Origin: Balanoglossus misakiensis
Taxonomy: Eukaryota > Animalia > Hemichordata
Assembly: GCA_040954595.2 (NCBI GenBank)
Contig: CM082576.2
Coordinates: 1,183,303-1,247,302, forward strand
Direction: 5' to 3'
DNA length: 64,000 nucleotides
The translations under genes were made by a program, and so were the position numbers. Position 1 is the first letter of the stretch. Each line of letters starts with the position of its first letter. Below are positions 27,701 to 46,900 of this stretch, one piece after another. Under the pieces are notes generated by a model, which searched no databases, was not told the origin of the DNA, and saw nothing but the letters and a program-made list of their open reading frames with translations.

Positions 27701-30700
27701 CATAACCATGATCACATAAACTGTGACACCAGGGTCAATCTTCCCTTTTTTGCATCTCAGATGTTGGTTACCCAGTTGGTGTCTTGGACACACATCCTCT
27801 GTCATATTCACTGATCACCATTGAGCAATAAATACACAACACCCCTACCCCCTTGTGAACATTAATGTAGTTTCACCCGGTAATTATCCAGAATTTCACA
27901 TGTATATCACGAAACTGGAATAAATACTAATGGACTTTTCCTGGGTGTCTTATATCAAAAAGATTTTGTTCATATCTCAGAACAACTCGCATCCTCATGA
28001 AGCTCTGTACACAAGGCACCCTCAGTGGTCTAGCCAAGTAAGATGCATCTAAGCATATGTGCAGTCAGAACAATAAAGGCAGTTGTACAGTCAGTAAGCG
28101 GATGTAGCAGATAGTCTGGATAGATTGTCACTAAAAAGCAGTCTTTACAAGACAGAGGTGATCTCTTGAATTCTTTGCAGCTGTATTTACCATATTGAAC
28201 TTGTACATCTGGTTTAAATGATTTTGAAAGGAATAATTCAGTGTCTAATCAATCGGATGATATGTTAGAGGCATTGTAAATTATAAAAACCTAAATACCA
28301 TAGCTGTTAGGTGTATTACAGTTTAGAAGGAGACTATTGTGGGGTAGTGTTTACTGATACACGAGATTTCTTGTCAAAGCAATTGAAAAGTCTAGACTGG
28401 ACCCAAGGGTGGTCCCAAAGATTGAACTCTCGTTTAATATATGAATGTCTTAAAATTCAACCCTGGGAATACATGTATGCTTAAAGATTTGTTTTCAGGA
28501 TGGCTTTGTGAAGCCCCTGGATCTTGACAAAATACCATGTTTAATGAAGTCCTCAAATTACAGCCTCTGTCCTATGAAATGAAAGTGCTGAGATTTAAGT
28601 TACATTGAAATAATTGCCTCACAAATATAAATTTCATGTATCATTTCAGTGATGTTGTTGTTTTTCATCTTGTTATTCCAGTCAAGCTCATGGAAAAAGA
28701 TCCGGAACATGGTTCATTGGTCTCCATTTGTGCAGTCCTTCAAGAAAAAATATCCCTGGGTACAATTGGCTGGACACCAAGGTTTGTAAGATCTTGTTTC
28801 AAATGCTGTTATTTTGAGGTCAAGTAAGGTTTGATGTGGGCCGCTGCTGTACATTTTTGTCAAGAATCATGTTGGATTTTTATGAAAAAAATAGAATGGA
28901 TGTCTTCGTTGTGAGCAGTGTGAAGAATACATACATTTATCAAGTCAGGAATTGGAACAATATATCACATTACAACCATTTCCACACATGATCCAAAAAA
29001 AGGCAAATAATGTGTAACACATTGAAAGAGTGTGAAGGACAATCTGTAGCTTGGATCAGCTTACACAACTTGATGACAAATAAAGATTGGTTGTACTAAA
29101 TTTGTCCTAGGTCGTGAGGCTTGTCTTGTATTTCAGTAACAAACAACAAATTTCATAACAGTGCTTTTTACTGATTAATTTCTAGTTGATTCATTAATCT
29201 TACTATGAACCAGCCGAAATAAATCTCTTGTTATCAGCAGGTTTATCGGTGTGTTATTTTTTCTAATGTTTGTCTTTACACACCACAAAACGATGTATCT
29301 GTTCTTGAAGTCACCAGTCTGTCTTGTCTCATTCAGGAAACTTTAAAGCTGGTGACTGCGGGACCATCTTGAAGAAATTCTGCCCTAAAGAACACAAATG
29401 TCTGAAATCACTGATGAAGGATATCTTGAGACCGTATATACCAGAGTACAAAGGGGAGGTAGAGAAGAATGGCGAGAGTATCCTTTGGGTTTTGATGCAG
29501 AGAATAATTTGCCAATTTTTCAGTGTGAAGTATTAATGAGACATTTTCCATTCAGTGTACTGATAATATATTTACTATGTTATTGTCTTTATGTTTTACT
29601 GTGAAAGATGGTCACCCACGACTCACCCACGCCTATTCTGGTGATGCTGAGAGAGAGAATAACAGAATAGAAAAAAAATATTTGTTTTTAGGAGATAATG
29701 AACTATGATCATTCTTGAGATTTTCCTTTATTGCAACATAACAGGATATGTTCAAATGCAAGATTTACTTCAAGACTTTGATGCACCTTCTGTTATGGAC
29801 TGTAAAATTGGCACAAGGTAGGTGTAATAGGTATTGTTTTTCTGAGAGAGGTTGTAAAATGAGTGAGACTATTTTTGAACTTGTACCAGGAGTTGAAGAC
29901 TGTCTTGAAAAATCCTGAGAGTGAGGATTAGAAATGTGATAATAATTCACAGAGATCTAGTATTGCTTGTCATAGAAAATTTGTGAGATAATCACTTGAA
30001 AACTGGCATGTCTCTGTGCCCAGTGAAGCGCTGAAAGAGAAGTGTGTGTAGTGTTGTGCATTAGTGCTAATAATAGAAATCTTTGTGAGTGTCACCACTG
30101 CCCAGATGGATATATTGGGCCTCCTACATACACTTTACATGCATGACATCTCAAGATAAAAAAGGCTTGATATTTGCCTAAATCATTTGCCTAAACCAAT
30201 CAAAATGCTTCAATTTCTTCAGACCAGTTGCCCTAGTTTGTCAACAAGGGATTCGGCAAATTCAAAATAATATGGGTATGTTGATTTAAAGCTCCTATGT
30301 TGTTTTGTTTTTCATTCAAGGACATATTTAGAAGAAGAACTCACTAAAGCGAGAGAGAAACCCAAGCTTCGAAAGGTAAGTGGTTTCACAAAATGTACAC
30401 TTCAGTAAGATGATATCTAGTACTTGTAACATGTGATATGACAAATGTGTCAAATTGCTCTTGAGTCAAGTATTGTACCACCACTTTGCAAAAATGTATC
30501 GTTTATGAAAATTTCCCATTTTACAGTATTTGCTGTCAAGATACGCAAACAGCTTACCTAATCGCTTCTGCAAATCTAGGTATACTTTGTTTTCAAATGC
30601 TTTGAAGTTGCTTCAAATATTCCCTGCTAATAGTACCAGGTTTTCAAAAAACAACTCAGCTATTATTGTATTATAATGAATAGGATTAATATTGCACCTA

Positions 30701-33644
30701 ATCTTGTAAGGAGCTCTGGGCGCATGACAACAATTTCTTGCCTTTGTTGATGCCTACAGTATGATTAGTGTTGTTCACATACATGAAATCCATAGAGGAC
30801 CTAATCATGGCTGTAATAACCATCTGTGGGACTGGGAGTTCGAGTTGGTCTGCATGCACGCTTATAGATTTAAACTCAGTTCCTGACGCATGGCCTGCAC
30901 GACATCCAAAATCAACAGGGAGACCAGGGCTAGACACAAAACATCTACACTTTATTTTGAATTTCAGTCTACGTTAAAAAACAAACAAGCTAGTATGTAT
31001 GTTAAGTTGGTGATTAGGAAAAAGCTATTCTGTATCAGTGTCACAGAAGCAGTGACTGTACTTACAGCGTATGAAAGGATGCATTTGTTTTAACAATTTG
31101 TTTTTTGTCTGCTTACAGGACATGTATCAAAAGATGATCGATATTGATCCCAATGAACCGACAGCAGAAGAACATGAATTGGGTGCTATAACCAAACCAA
31201 GATACATGCAGTGGAGAGAACATGTCAGTTCATCTGCTAGCCTTGGATTTAGAATTGAAGGAATCAAGGTACTTTGACATGTTATCTATTTAGGGGGGAG
31301 GGGGGATAGAGGTTTGAAACGGGTCAGAGGATGGTGTTGTTGCAGAGTGCTGAGGGGGAGGGAGGGTGGACACGAGTTGGAAAGGAGGAATAATCAGCTT
31401 GATAGAACATCTTTGTAGAAGTTAAAGGCTGTTTAAGAATGAAACGTCACCAGGAAACTTTCAGCCAAAGGGAGAATATGAGGAGAATATTGCCAAGTTC
31501 TCAGAAACTTCTTGGCAGATGACATTTGTAATTGATTCGTAGAAATCATTTGACGCAGTCAGCTCTGCGTATTTTTAGCATAGAGTGATTTGAATTAAGT
31601 GAGTGTGAAATCCGTTCAGAACATCTGCTTTGAGGATGTGCCTTCAAGGCAAATTTCATTTCTTTATGTTAATAGCATATACATCTGCTATCAAGTATGA
31701 AATCCGTGACCAGATAAATTCTTGGACTCAACTGTGGGAACCTTAAAATTGTATGCAAACTCACAAAAGTCAAAATGTTGGATGAATTCTAAAAGGAAAT
31801 GCATCCGACTGGCCTTGGTTGAATCCTCTAACATCTCCAAAGCATGTGAGAGAACCAACAGGAAGAGACTTTTACACACATAAGATATTTGTCATTGCTG
31901 GTCACTTTAGAAAATGTTCGAAACAACCATTGATGAAACCAAGATCTGTAAATTTAATTTTAATATGGATATAATACCACAGATTTTTGTAATGTTATAT
32001 GTTAACATTACTAGATGCTTGTTGTAATTGTCTTCACATCTGTCAATTAAGATCTTCTGGGCATTAATCATTTCAAATAGTTGTTGCATTTGAAATTTTT
32101 TATAAAGACTTCATTTTTTGTAACTGCTCCCTCATCAAAACATTCTCACACGTCAGTAACGTCTCTTGAGAAACCTGTTTTTCCTTGGTTCATTAGTAGG
32201 CCACAAGAGACATGACGTTTTCAAGTAGTTTGACGTAAATATATTCCCCACTGATTTTGCATAATTTGGCATAATTTAACTGGTACAAAACACCAGTTAT
32301 TGAATTAAGCAATAAAACACCCCCAGCCATGGTATAACACGAGATTTTGACCAGTTCACGACATATACGCACGAGCGATAGCGAGTGCGTATATGGAGTT
32401 GAACTGGTCAAAATCGAGTGGTATACCATGGCTGGGGGTGTTTTATTGCTATTATATTATGCCAGTATATTGAAACTTTGCATAAAACATTTCAAAAAGG
32501 CATTTTCTTTGACTATGATATATGACTGTGGTATATGGCTAATATATCACGGTCACGTGTCGTGTCTCGACCAATCAAATAGCGTGATTTACACCATCAA
32601 TATACTGGTATAATATAATGTACCATATTACATTTTCATTCAAACATATTAAATCCTAGTGATTGAACCTTCTGGGTCATCTGAATGTATGGTACTATTA
32701 TCACGAGATGGTTGAAAATGCTGTTTGTTGTTTACAGTACTCAGAGACTTCTGACACTGCTAAGTCTGTATATTTAAAATCATGCAATAGCGAAGTCAAG
32801 CTGTCTGACTAGAACTAAACAAAGCTAACAATCCGTCTGTCTTTTTCTGGTTCCAGAAGGGCGATGGACATTCAAGCAGAGACTACAAAACGATCAAGTC
32901 AAAAGCACAAATCATGGAGTGCTTCAATTTCTTCTCAGAGGGTGATAAAATTGTGTGTGCCAAATACCTTAGAAGACTTCGAGCTGTCAGAGCAACTCTT
33001 GAAGCTTCACCGTTCTTTAACACACATGAGGTAGGGAGCAACTGAATAGATTTGTTACCATAGAGACACCCTGCTGGTACCCCTGAATACTTTCAAGTAA
33101 ACAATTATATGTTGTCTGTTCAATCAAACATACAATTTTGATCATTTCCATTATAAGTAACAAAAAAGTGAACTTTTGGTTGAGACTCTATAACCCTCCA
33201 TGATCACATGTTTGAAATTACCTGTATTTTAATGTATATTTATAACCAGTGGCTGTTGATGTCTTATCAGCAAGTCATTAAATTTAGATTTATAATTCTA
33301 TTTTATTGTACTAGCCACAAAAACATGTAGCACATACTCAAGGGTTGAAATTTATGACTAGTGATCTGTAGTATTCACTTACATACATGAGAATATACAT
33401 TTAAGAAAAGGATTCATTTTTTGGTGTTCTTTTTTTGCAGGTGATTGGCAGTTCTTTACTTTTTGTGCACGACAAAAATGGTAAAGCCAGCATATGGATG
33501 ATTGACTTTGGAAAAACAGTTGCATTATCAGAGGGACAGACAAATGATCACAGAACACCATGGGTGGAAGGAAATCGTGAAGATGGTTACTTATTTGGAT
33601 TGGACAGTCTTATAGATATGTGGTCCAGTATGTGCAAGTCATAA
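24633..33644 (+). CDS. ITPKB: Inositol-trisphosphate 3-kinase (ITPKA/B/C family), spliced model: join(24633..24785,27032..27055,28682..28781,29337..29477,29745..29817,30321..30375,31119..31268,32857..33030,33441..33644), ~357 aa; the first two exons are inferred
   Basis: Exons join in frame with GT-AG boundaries. The translation has the IP3K calmodulin-binding segment ([13 protein letters not shown]), QLAGH, PxxxDxKxG (PSVMDCKIG), [13 protein letters not shown] and IDFG motifs. The symbol is the closest vertebrate name from recall; the gene is probably a co-orthologue of ITPKA/B/C. Confidence 0.9.
27032..27055 (+). CDS. 24-nt microexon (ESSDEEDE) of the IP3 3-kinase
   Basis: Pyrimidine tract TTTCCTTGCTTTTGCTACAAG acceptor, GAA-rich body, donor GAG|GTACGT; phase 0-0. 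Confidence 0.65.
27127..27214 (+). mobile_element. ~90-bp TTAA-bounded piggyBac-like MITE, copy 1 (decayed left end)
   Basis: Aligns by eye with 41727-41819 (TCCAACCT..CATAGAA.ACAATGGAT.TGGACTGAACCATGG..GTGA.AGGGTTAA). Confidence 0.65.
28682..28781 (+). CDS. ITPKB: IP3 3-kinase exon ([34 protein letters not shown])
   Basis: TTCCAG acceptor, G|GTTTGT donor; calmodulin-binding helix and QLAGH motif. Confidence 0.95.
29337..29477 (+). CDS. ITPKB: IP3 3-kinase exon ([13 protein letters not shown]...GEVEKNGE)
   Basis: ATTCAG acceptor; ends at a GTATCCTTT donor; matches part of ORF 29324..29536. Confidence 0.93.
29478..29744 (+). other. U12-type (minor spliceosome) GT-AG intron, 267 bp
   Basis: 5' site GTATCCTTT matches the U12 consensus RTATCCTTT. 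Branch-site-like TTTTCCTTTAT at 29721-29731, with its A 14 nt from the 3' end and no intervening pyrimidine tract. Splicing restores the frame ([11 protein letters not shown]). Confidence 0.85.
29745..29817 (+). CDS. ITPKB: IP3 3-kinase exon ([24 protein letters not shown])
   Basis: PxxxDxKxG inositol-kinase signature; donor AG|GTAGGT. Confidence 0.95.
30321..30375 (+). CDS. ITPKB: IP3 3-kinase exon ([18 protein letters not shown])
   Basis: TTCAAG acceptor, AAG|GTAAGT donor; conserved RTYLEEEL. Confidence 0.95.
31119..31268 (+). CDS. ITPKB: IP3 3-kinase exon (DMYQKMID...KPRYMQWRE...GFRIEGIK)
   Basis: TTACAG acceptor, AAG|GTACTT donor; inositol-binding lobe motifs. Confidence 0.96.
32308..32619. 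mobile_element. Double-hairpin non-autonomous element in an IP3K intron
   Basis: Long inverted repeat at 32308-32450, directly followed by a second IR pair at 32451-32473 / 32597-32619 (1 mismatch in 23 bp). Confidence 0.75.
32857..33030 (+). CDS. ITPKB: IP3 3-kinase exon ([12 protein letters not shown]...[11 protein letters not shown])
   Basis: TTCCAG acceptor, GAG|GTAGGG donor; 58 open codons with the conserved SPFF..HE. Confidence 0.94.
33441..33644 (+). CDS. ITPKB: IP3 3-kinase last coding exon ([11 protein letters not shown]...WMIDFGKT...EDGYLFGL...CKS*)
   Basis: TTTTGCAG acceptor; SSLL and IDFG motifs; TAA at 33642-33644. Confidence 0.96.
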   Translation: MIGSSLLFVHDKNGKASIWMIDFGKTVALSEGQTNDHRTPWVEGNREDGYLFGLDSLIDMWSSMCKS

Positions 33645-33723
33645 CATCAACAGTCTCATAGATATGTGGTTGAGTATGTTGCACATGGTAACAGTCTTAT
33701 ACATGGTCCAGTACATGCAGTAA
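33604..33723 (+). repeat. Degenerate tandem copies of the last IP3K codons extending into the 3' UTR
   Basis: ACAGTCTTATAGATATGTGGTCCAGTATG recurs as ACAGTCTCATAGATATGTGGTTGAGTATG (33650) and ACAGTCTTATACATGGTCCAGTACA (33691). Confidence 0.7.
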
Positions 33724-36700
33724 CGTTGACATGCGATCCAGTGTATACCAGTCATAGAAGTGGGCATGGGGTACTCACAGTCCCATAGACATGATGTAGA
33801 CAGTATATATCCAAGAGGGACATGCAACAGTATATATCATGTCATTTATAACTGAATATCGCATGACTGTATGTCAGGCATTTCAACCACAGAATCCAAA
33901 CTTCACATGAAACTTTGAAATGCTAATGGAAAGGTGCCACATAGGAAGTAGAAGAAATTTGAGTTATTATAGATAAACTATGCAGAACTTGGCATCTGAT
34001 GAATTTAAAGAAGTCAGGAGTGGAAATCTAAGCAAAAAGGACTGATCCAGTATTTCAAAAAACAATTTACAAAAAATCATGTTTTATTTGATGGTTTTGA
34101 TGCTGTTACTCAGTAATATACAATATATTTAATGGACATTGAAGTGGCTAGTCAGTTTGCTTTAATAGTTAAATGTTTGTTCAGTTGTAGTCCAAGGGTC
34201 AACATAAAATAACATTTTATTTCATTGCCATTTATTGCTATAATGTCAGCACAATCTTATTCCATCATGTCAATCAACTATGATTTAGCTCAAGTCTGTT
34301 ATTACTTTTGTAGAGCTATAAATTTTCCAAGTTTTCTTTCAGGAAATATCTTTTGTCTTTGTCTCAGTGCCACAACCAAACATAAACAGAATATTTATTC
34401 ATCACATCACTTTATGGCTGAAAATCTTGAAAATTCTTTTGGAACCACAGTAGGAGTGTCACTGTATGCATATATAATAACCAGCGTACTCACCAAAGTT
34501 GATCAAGGAACCTGATGTGTTTATTTCAGCATCTATACCACTAACAGTATCCCCCAACAAACTTAAAAAGTGTGAATGTGTTGATTTTTCCCAAGTGAGT
34601 AATAATTAAATTTATCCTGCCTTTACTTTTGGAATCATTGTGGACATGCGCATAGACAATATCTCAAAACAGACACTTCTGGTTGAAAAACAAAATGTAC
34701 AGTGTGGTTAAAAACACTCATCAAAACCCACAACTTCCCTTTTGGAGACAACACAACTTTGAAGAGCAAAGTCCTCACCACTTTTATGAGATGAAACTAG
34801 CCACTTCCATAACATCTTAAAGATTTAGCTGACTCTGAAAAGTTTGTAAAGAACTTTCATGACCATTTGGAACATAGAATAAGAAGTCCATGAAAAATTT
34901 ATTTTAACCTATCATCATAACCATATCAGATATTTAACAATGAATTTTGGTCCATTCCAGTTACTTTTTATTGATTATAATTTTAACATTTATTCAATCA
35001 CAGTACGTGTAATTATGCTGAATATATCAATTTTTATTGACAATTTTATGGAAAAGAAATAAGACACCTGGGCATTTTTAATTTTCTTTTACAAATGAAA
35101 AAATGTAAATCTCTGTCGATTTGGACGAGATCATGGTGGTGAATGGGTTCATGCAGTCATTCTTGATTTGAATAGATTAGGATGTATGGAGTTGAAGAGC
35201 CCATTTAGGAATGGAAGACATCACATTTGCTGTGTTCTTTTTTTATTTCACGTTCAATTTGTAATCTTGACAAAGGCCTTCATACAACCAGATGAAGTTA
35301 CTGTCCACTCCTGTCTATACTCACTAATACAGTGCCCTTAAGAACCACAGTGCCATTAGAAATAGTTTGGATACATGTTGATTTTGATATTTTTGTCAGT
35401 CATTGGCATTCCCTTTATAACAGAAAAATTCCTTTTTTTATCTGAGAAGACTCAGTCAAGTGCAATATTTCCTGTTCTTACCTCAAAACATGCCACAAAA
35501 CAGGAGTGGTTATCTCACTCAATTAATTTTGATTTCTCATATAATTTGTTTCCAAAAATAGGCGCACGGCTGATATTACATGAATGAATTGATTTTGTAA
35601 CAATTACGTCTTATTTTGGCAAAGAGGGTTTTTTCTTTTCCATCAGACATTGAATTGTTAATATTTCAGAGGTTGATATCAAGAACTTAAATTGAGGATG
35701 TTGGATTACTTTCATTTGTTCAAATCAGTTTTTAGTTTGAACACTTACCTGGTTTTATTCTCAGAATAGTATACTGTCATTCAGAAAACAGATATGTAGG
35801 TTTCTTTGTGTCATTGTGCACTTCAAGTGTTTTGCCCGATTGCAAATCATATTTAAGATTAGATCTCATACCGAACAATTAGAATGATGGATGCAAAATA
35901 AGCAATAATCTATTTTGCCTGTACATCATTATAGATTTATCTCAATTTCAATCGCTACGGTTACCCATTTTGTAAAGGCTTATCTCTTGTAAAAACAAAT
36001 ACCACTTGTGGAAGATTTGAGCCGAAGATTCTACAAGTCTTTCTCCTTCATTGACCTTGCACTTGAAAGTGTGACATATTTCAATAGAGTGGATTGCTTG
36101 TAGTCATTTCTATTGATTGATCCAATTGTAAAACCAAACTACAGTGGCAATGATGGTGAGGCTTGAATAGTTTATCTGTCAATCTTGAATGCTTTCAAAT
36201 ATTCACCTTTAAATTTGTGTGCATTTTCTCTCTCTTTTTGACCATTGCCAGTGATTTGAGAGCATTTAGAATGCCTCAAATGCCTTAGATTTTAAAATGT
36301 TGGTTATTTTTAGCCCAGTTTTAATTTACAAATGGGAGGAAGGCCGTGTTGGCTGATATAGGCATAGTAGTGGTAGTATTAGTGGTGGTGGTTCATTCAT
36401 ATGTGATGGGTGGTATTTATTTATTTTTCTTTTGTTTAGGATGTATTATGAAAAGCTTTTTACAAAATGTTTGCAAAGGTGATGGTGCTGCTTTGAGTAT
36501 GTGAACATGAACCAAATCTTTCACAGGAAAGTTTTGTTTATAAAAAAAATAAGTTCTGTATACATATCAAGAATGAATAACAACACATCCAGGCAACAAA
36601 CAAATCTATTCAAGTCTATTGAATCTGTTTTTCTTTAAATACACCCAAAAGTTTAAAGAAAAAAATAATTTCAAAAGAAAATAGCTATATAGATTTAGTG

Positions 36701-36826
36701 ATTTAATAAGTTTTTAAGAATGTCATGACTGTGCAGTCATGCATGATACAATAGGAATTCTCATTTTGTCAGCCATTCTGAGTTTGATTTATTTTGAATG
36801 AACAGAAAATGATCTGTTATTATCCC

Positions 36827-36832
36827 AATAAA
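36827..36832 (+). terminator. Candidate poly(A) signal of the IP3 3-kinase (implies a ~3.2 kb 3' UTR)
   Basis: AATAAA followed by GT/T-rich sequence (TTGTCATTTGTTGTTCTTG); positional inference only. Confidence 0.4.
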
Positions 36833-37959
36833 AGAAGCAATTTGTCATTTTTTGCACCAAAGTGTCAGCAGTGAGAGTTGCATTGTCATTTGTTGTTCTT
36901 GATGATTTGCTTTGATGTAACTTTCACTCCTTTTTCTTGGATGAGTTTCAAGATCCAAGACTGATCACTCAACAGATAACACATCCTCCCTCAAGAGGCA
37001 GCTTTTCATGATGTTTAATAGTTTTTATCCAACATTTTGTAATCCTTAAGGTCTTGGCTTTGTATTTTTATTCCCAGGATTTCCATATAACAGTTCCATA
37101 ACAACTTGTACAAACCCTCATTACAATCTGAGTAATAAACTTCATATCTACATTAACTAAATATGTGGTTGTGTTGTTTGACATAGTACGTATCACTTGC
37201 AAATATGGAAAGCAATGACTGGATGTACCAGAGAGTGTCAAACCTGGCAAGGAGAGGTATGATGTGCTGTAAGTAATACTTCAGAGATGGGAAGACAGTC
37301 TTGAAACAGGTCCGGCCATAACAATGGATTTAACATATGTGTCAGTTGATGTCATTAGCAAGAGTCCAAACATGTCCTGCTGCAAAATCTTACAGTTTCA
37401 ATGTTTTTCTACAATTTTTGGCAATTTCTTATCCCCCAAAATTTTAATTTAGTTTTTTTTCTACTTCATGTATAGATCAAGGAATTATAGTCAATACAAA
37501 AAACAATACAGCAGCCAGCATCGATAATGTGTACTGTTTAGAAGCTGTAGCGCCCTCTCACACGAAAACATTTAGACGTTTTGTTTTTTTGCAAGGATGG
37601 ACTGATTTTTAACAGTCGATGCATGTGGCTGCCTGAAGAAAAAAAAATGGGAATGCCCAAAGAGAAAGCATGATATAGCATAACTGTCTCAACCATACAA
37701 TCTCTTGTTTCTGCATGTCTGTTGCTGCGAGTGTCACCAGTAGGAGGGCGACCTTGTGCCCTTACATATGCCTCTTGCACTCCCCACGATGACGTTGACT
37801 CACACACGTCGTTACATTAGAACCAAAGATAAATGCTGCAAATTAATCTTACATGTATACATTGGCGTTTTATTTATCACTGTTGTGCGTTGTTGGTATA
37901 TCTGAACACTAGATTCTTTCGTTTGCATAAATATGCAGAGGAACTACCATCAGTACTGT

Positions 37960-44319
<6,360 letters not shown>

Positions 44320-46704
44320 ATGAAGATCTTCAAAAGAAGAGAATAAAAGATAACCTGTGACATACAAACTTATTAAGATTAAGATTAATATAGGAGTATA
44401 TTGACTATATTTTTGTAAGTCATGTCTTCGTTGCATCCTGCACTGTTGTTTTAGTCGCAGTAATGGCTGCAGCGACTGCATTTGTGATCAGACAGGGTCA
44501 GCAGTCACTTGGGTGGGGGTTTAAAAATGATACATGGCTGACTTTTTTATAAAGTCGAAATTGCAGAAACCATTGCCAAAGCGTATTCAGTACATTTTCA
44601 GCCAACAAAATATTTCCAGTAAGTCAATGCATACAAAGAGCTTTACAAGATCACAGGGTTGAGATACAATCCCAATGTTGACATCTTGAAGTCTCAGGAA
44701 ATGATGTGATTTGGAAACTCAACTGTGATTTTTACTGTGTGCTAAAATTGGCAGTAATTTGAATAGTGGGTATAAAGTAAATTTTATTGTGAAACATGAT
44801 CTATGTACATTGTAGGCTATGTGACTGTATAGATGTTCAAACAGATCTATTTTCACCCCAAGTAAGATGTATTATTGTTGTTGTTGTTCATTATTCAATG
44901 TAATAATGAACATTGTCAAGACAGAGTGGATGATAGATCCAATTCATGTAGACAACTCTGATTGTGCTTTTAAAGCTGGTCTGTCTTATTTAGGGCAATT
45001 GTTATGGTCTCTTTACTGCTCTGTATATGCATGTAACATTTGAGTGTGTGTGGGGTGCGTGTATGTGTGTGTTGAGAGACAAGAATACTAGGAAGTCCAC
45101 TGTTGACTCTTCCGTGCTAATGTGAATGTGATTGTATCTAGACTTACTTGAGATGTATAGCAGAAGACCAACAAACAACATTTCTTGGTCTTTAGCATCA
45201 ATTTTGGCTGTCAAATTACCTCACCTCACTTTTTCACTGCCAAACTTTTTTATTCTTATTTATTTATTCACAAAACTTTGTTTTTGCCACAAAACTTGTA
45301 CTTTCTAGGCAATGTGAAATGACAGAAACATTATAGGATTACGACATGGGCTGAGTCAGTTCATAGATTTGAAGAATAGATTTACCTAATCACCAACAAA
45401 AATGTTAGAAATAAATTCCTGTTCCTGTATATATTGTGATATTTTGGCCATAAATAACCTCTTCCCTTTTTACAAATGCACTGGTACTCTTCATTGAGTC
45501 ATTTTAAATTTTCCAAGAAATTGTTAAAATATATTATGTTATATATATAGGATATTTACAATGACTGTATCAAAAAATAATATTACAGAGGCTTTTGAAC
45601 TCTGCAGTTGCCAATGGAAACCCAAGCAATTTTTTTCAGACTAAATATTTCTATATCATATAAGATTGTAACTTGAGAATGTCCATTGTCTTTATGTAAT
45701 AGTGATCAATTTCTTTGAGATGATTTTTTTTCTGTCATATATTTTTGCTCAGACTTCCTGTAATAAAATATTTTTGCTTTCATGATGCCACACAGCGGGG
45801 TCCAAAAATGCAACATGATACTCTGAGATAAACTGACATATTTTTATGACCAGTGATCTCCGACTGACACTGGTTGCAAGCACCTGCCACAAGAATGCAT
45901 AGGCCTAGACCTTAACACTCCACCTCTCTAGCTACTTGTCTATAGTGAATTCTGTGAATAACTGGGTAGCCAAATGTCAGTGGCCCCTTTGATTTAATTC
46001 AATTAATTTCATCATTGATCAATTCATTCTATACAAATTAACTTATTTTTCCATGTTTTTACAAATGGTATAATGTTAGTGACAACTTTGATTTCTTGCT
46101 TCAGCATTTTGTATGTAGAACCATCTAGGAAATGTGTCCAATAATTGTGTATCTTGTGTCAGTGGTACATTGAAGTTTACAATGAGATTTATTGGTCACC
46201 TTTTAAAATAGAAATAAATTTATTGTCAAAGTACTTTCAGAATGCTTCAACAGAAAACTTGAGCACATCATGGCTTCTTTGAAAACAACATCTGGGAAAG
46301 TGGTCCATGCTATCCAACAGTTTTGTAATGCATCACTCATTGGTTCAAACTTGTAATGTTGGTCTTCCACCCTTTCCCTGTGAAATGTAGACCAAGTACA
46401 CACATTTACCATCAGTCTTCCTGTGACCCAGTTTGCTGAATTCTTTTGACACTCTTATTTTAAGTCCAGTATACATTCTTTCACATTCAATGTAATATCA
46501 CAGTCACATGGAGTATAAAAAATGTAGCAGTGGATGTTTGAGGGCGCTATTGATCAAGTGCCCAAATGCAATGGACTTTATTTGAATTTCTACATCCCTC
46601 TGGACGTGTGTCTCTACATTACAATGATAAGATTTCTGTACCATTATTTGTTATACATGGTAATTGTATCAATAAAAAATATAAACAGATCTGTGTTAGC
46701 ATTC

Positions 46705-46900
46705 CTTATCTGTTGACCGTTTTCATGGGATATAACCAATGAAAAATGTCCAAAATAACAAAATCACCAATTTTTCCAAAGTCGAGAATTTCTCATCTGT
46801 CGACCGTTTTCATGAGCTATAACCCATGGAAAATGTCCAAAATAACAAAATCACCAATTTTTCCAAAGTCAAGAATTTCTCATCTGTCGACCGTTTTCAT
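46705..46900 (+). repeat. Two (plus a partial) diverged 87-bp monomers at the satellite edge
   Basis: Units start at 46727 and 46814 and share GAGCTATAACCCATG, CCAAAGTC and TTTTCAT anchors with the main array. Confidence 0.85.
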
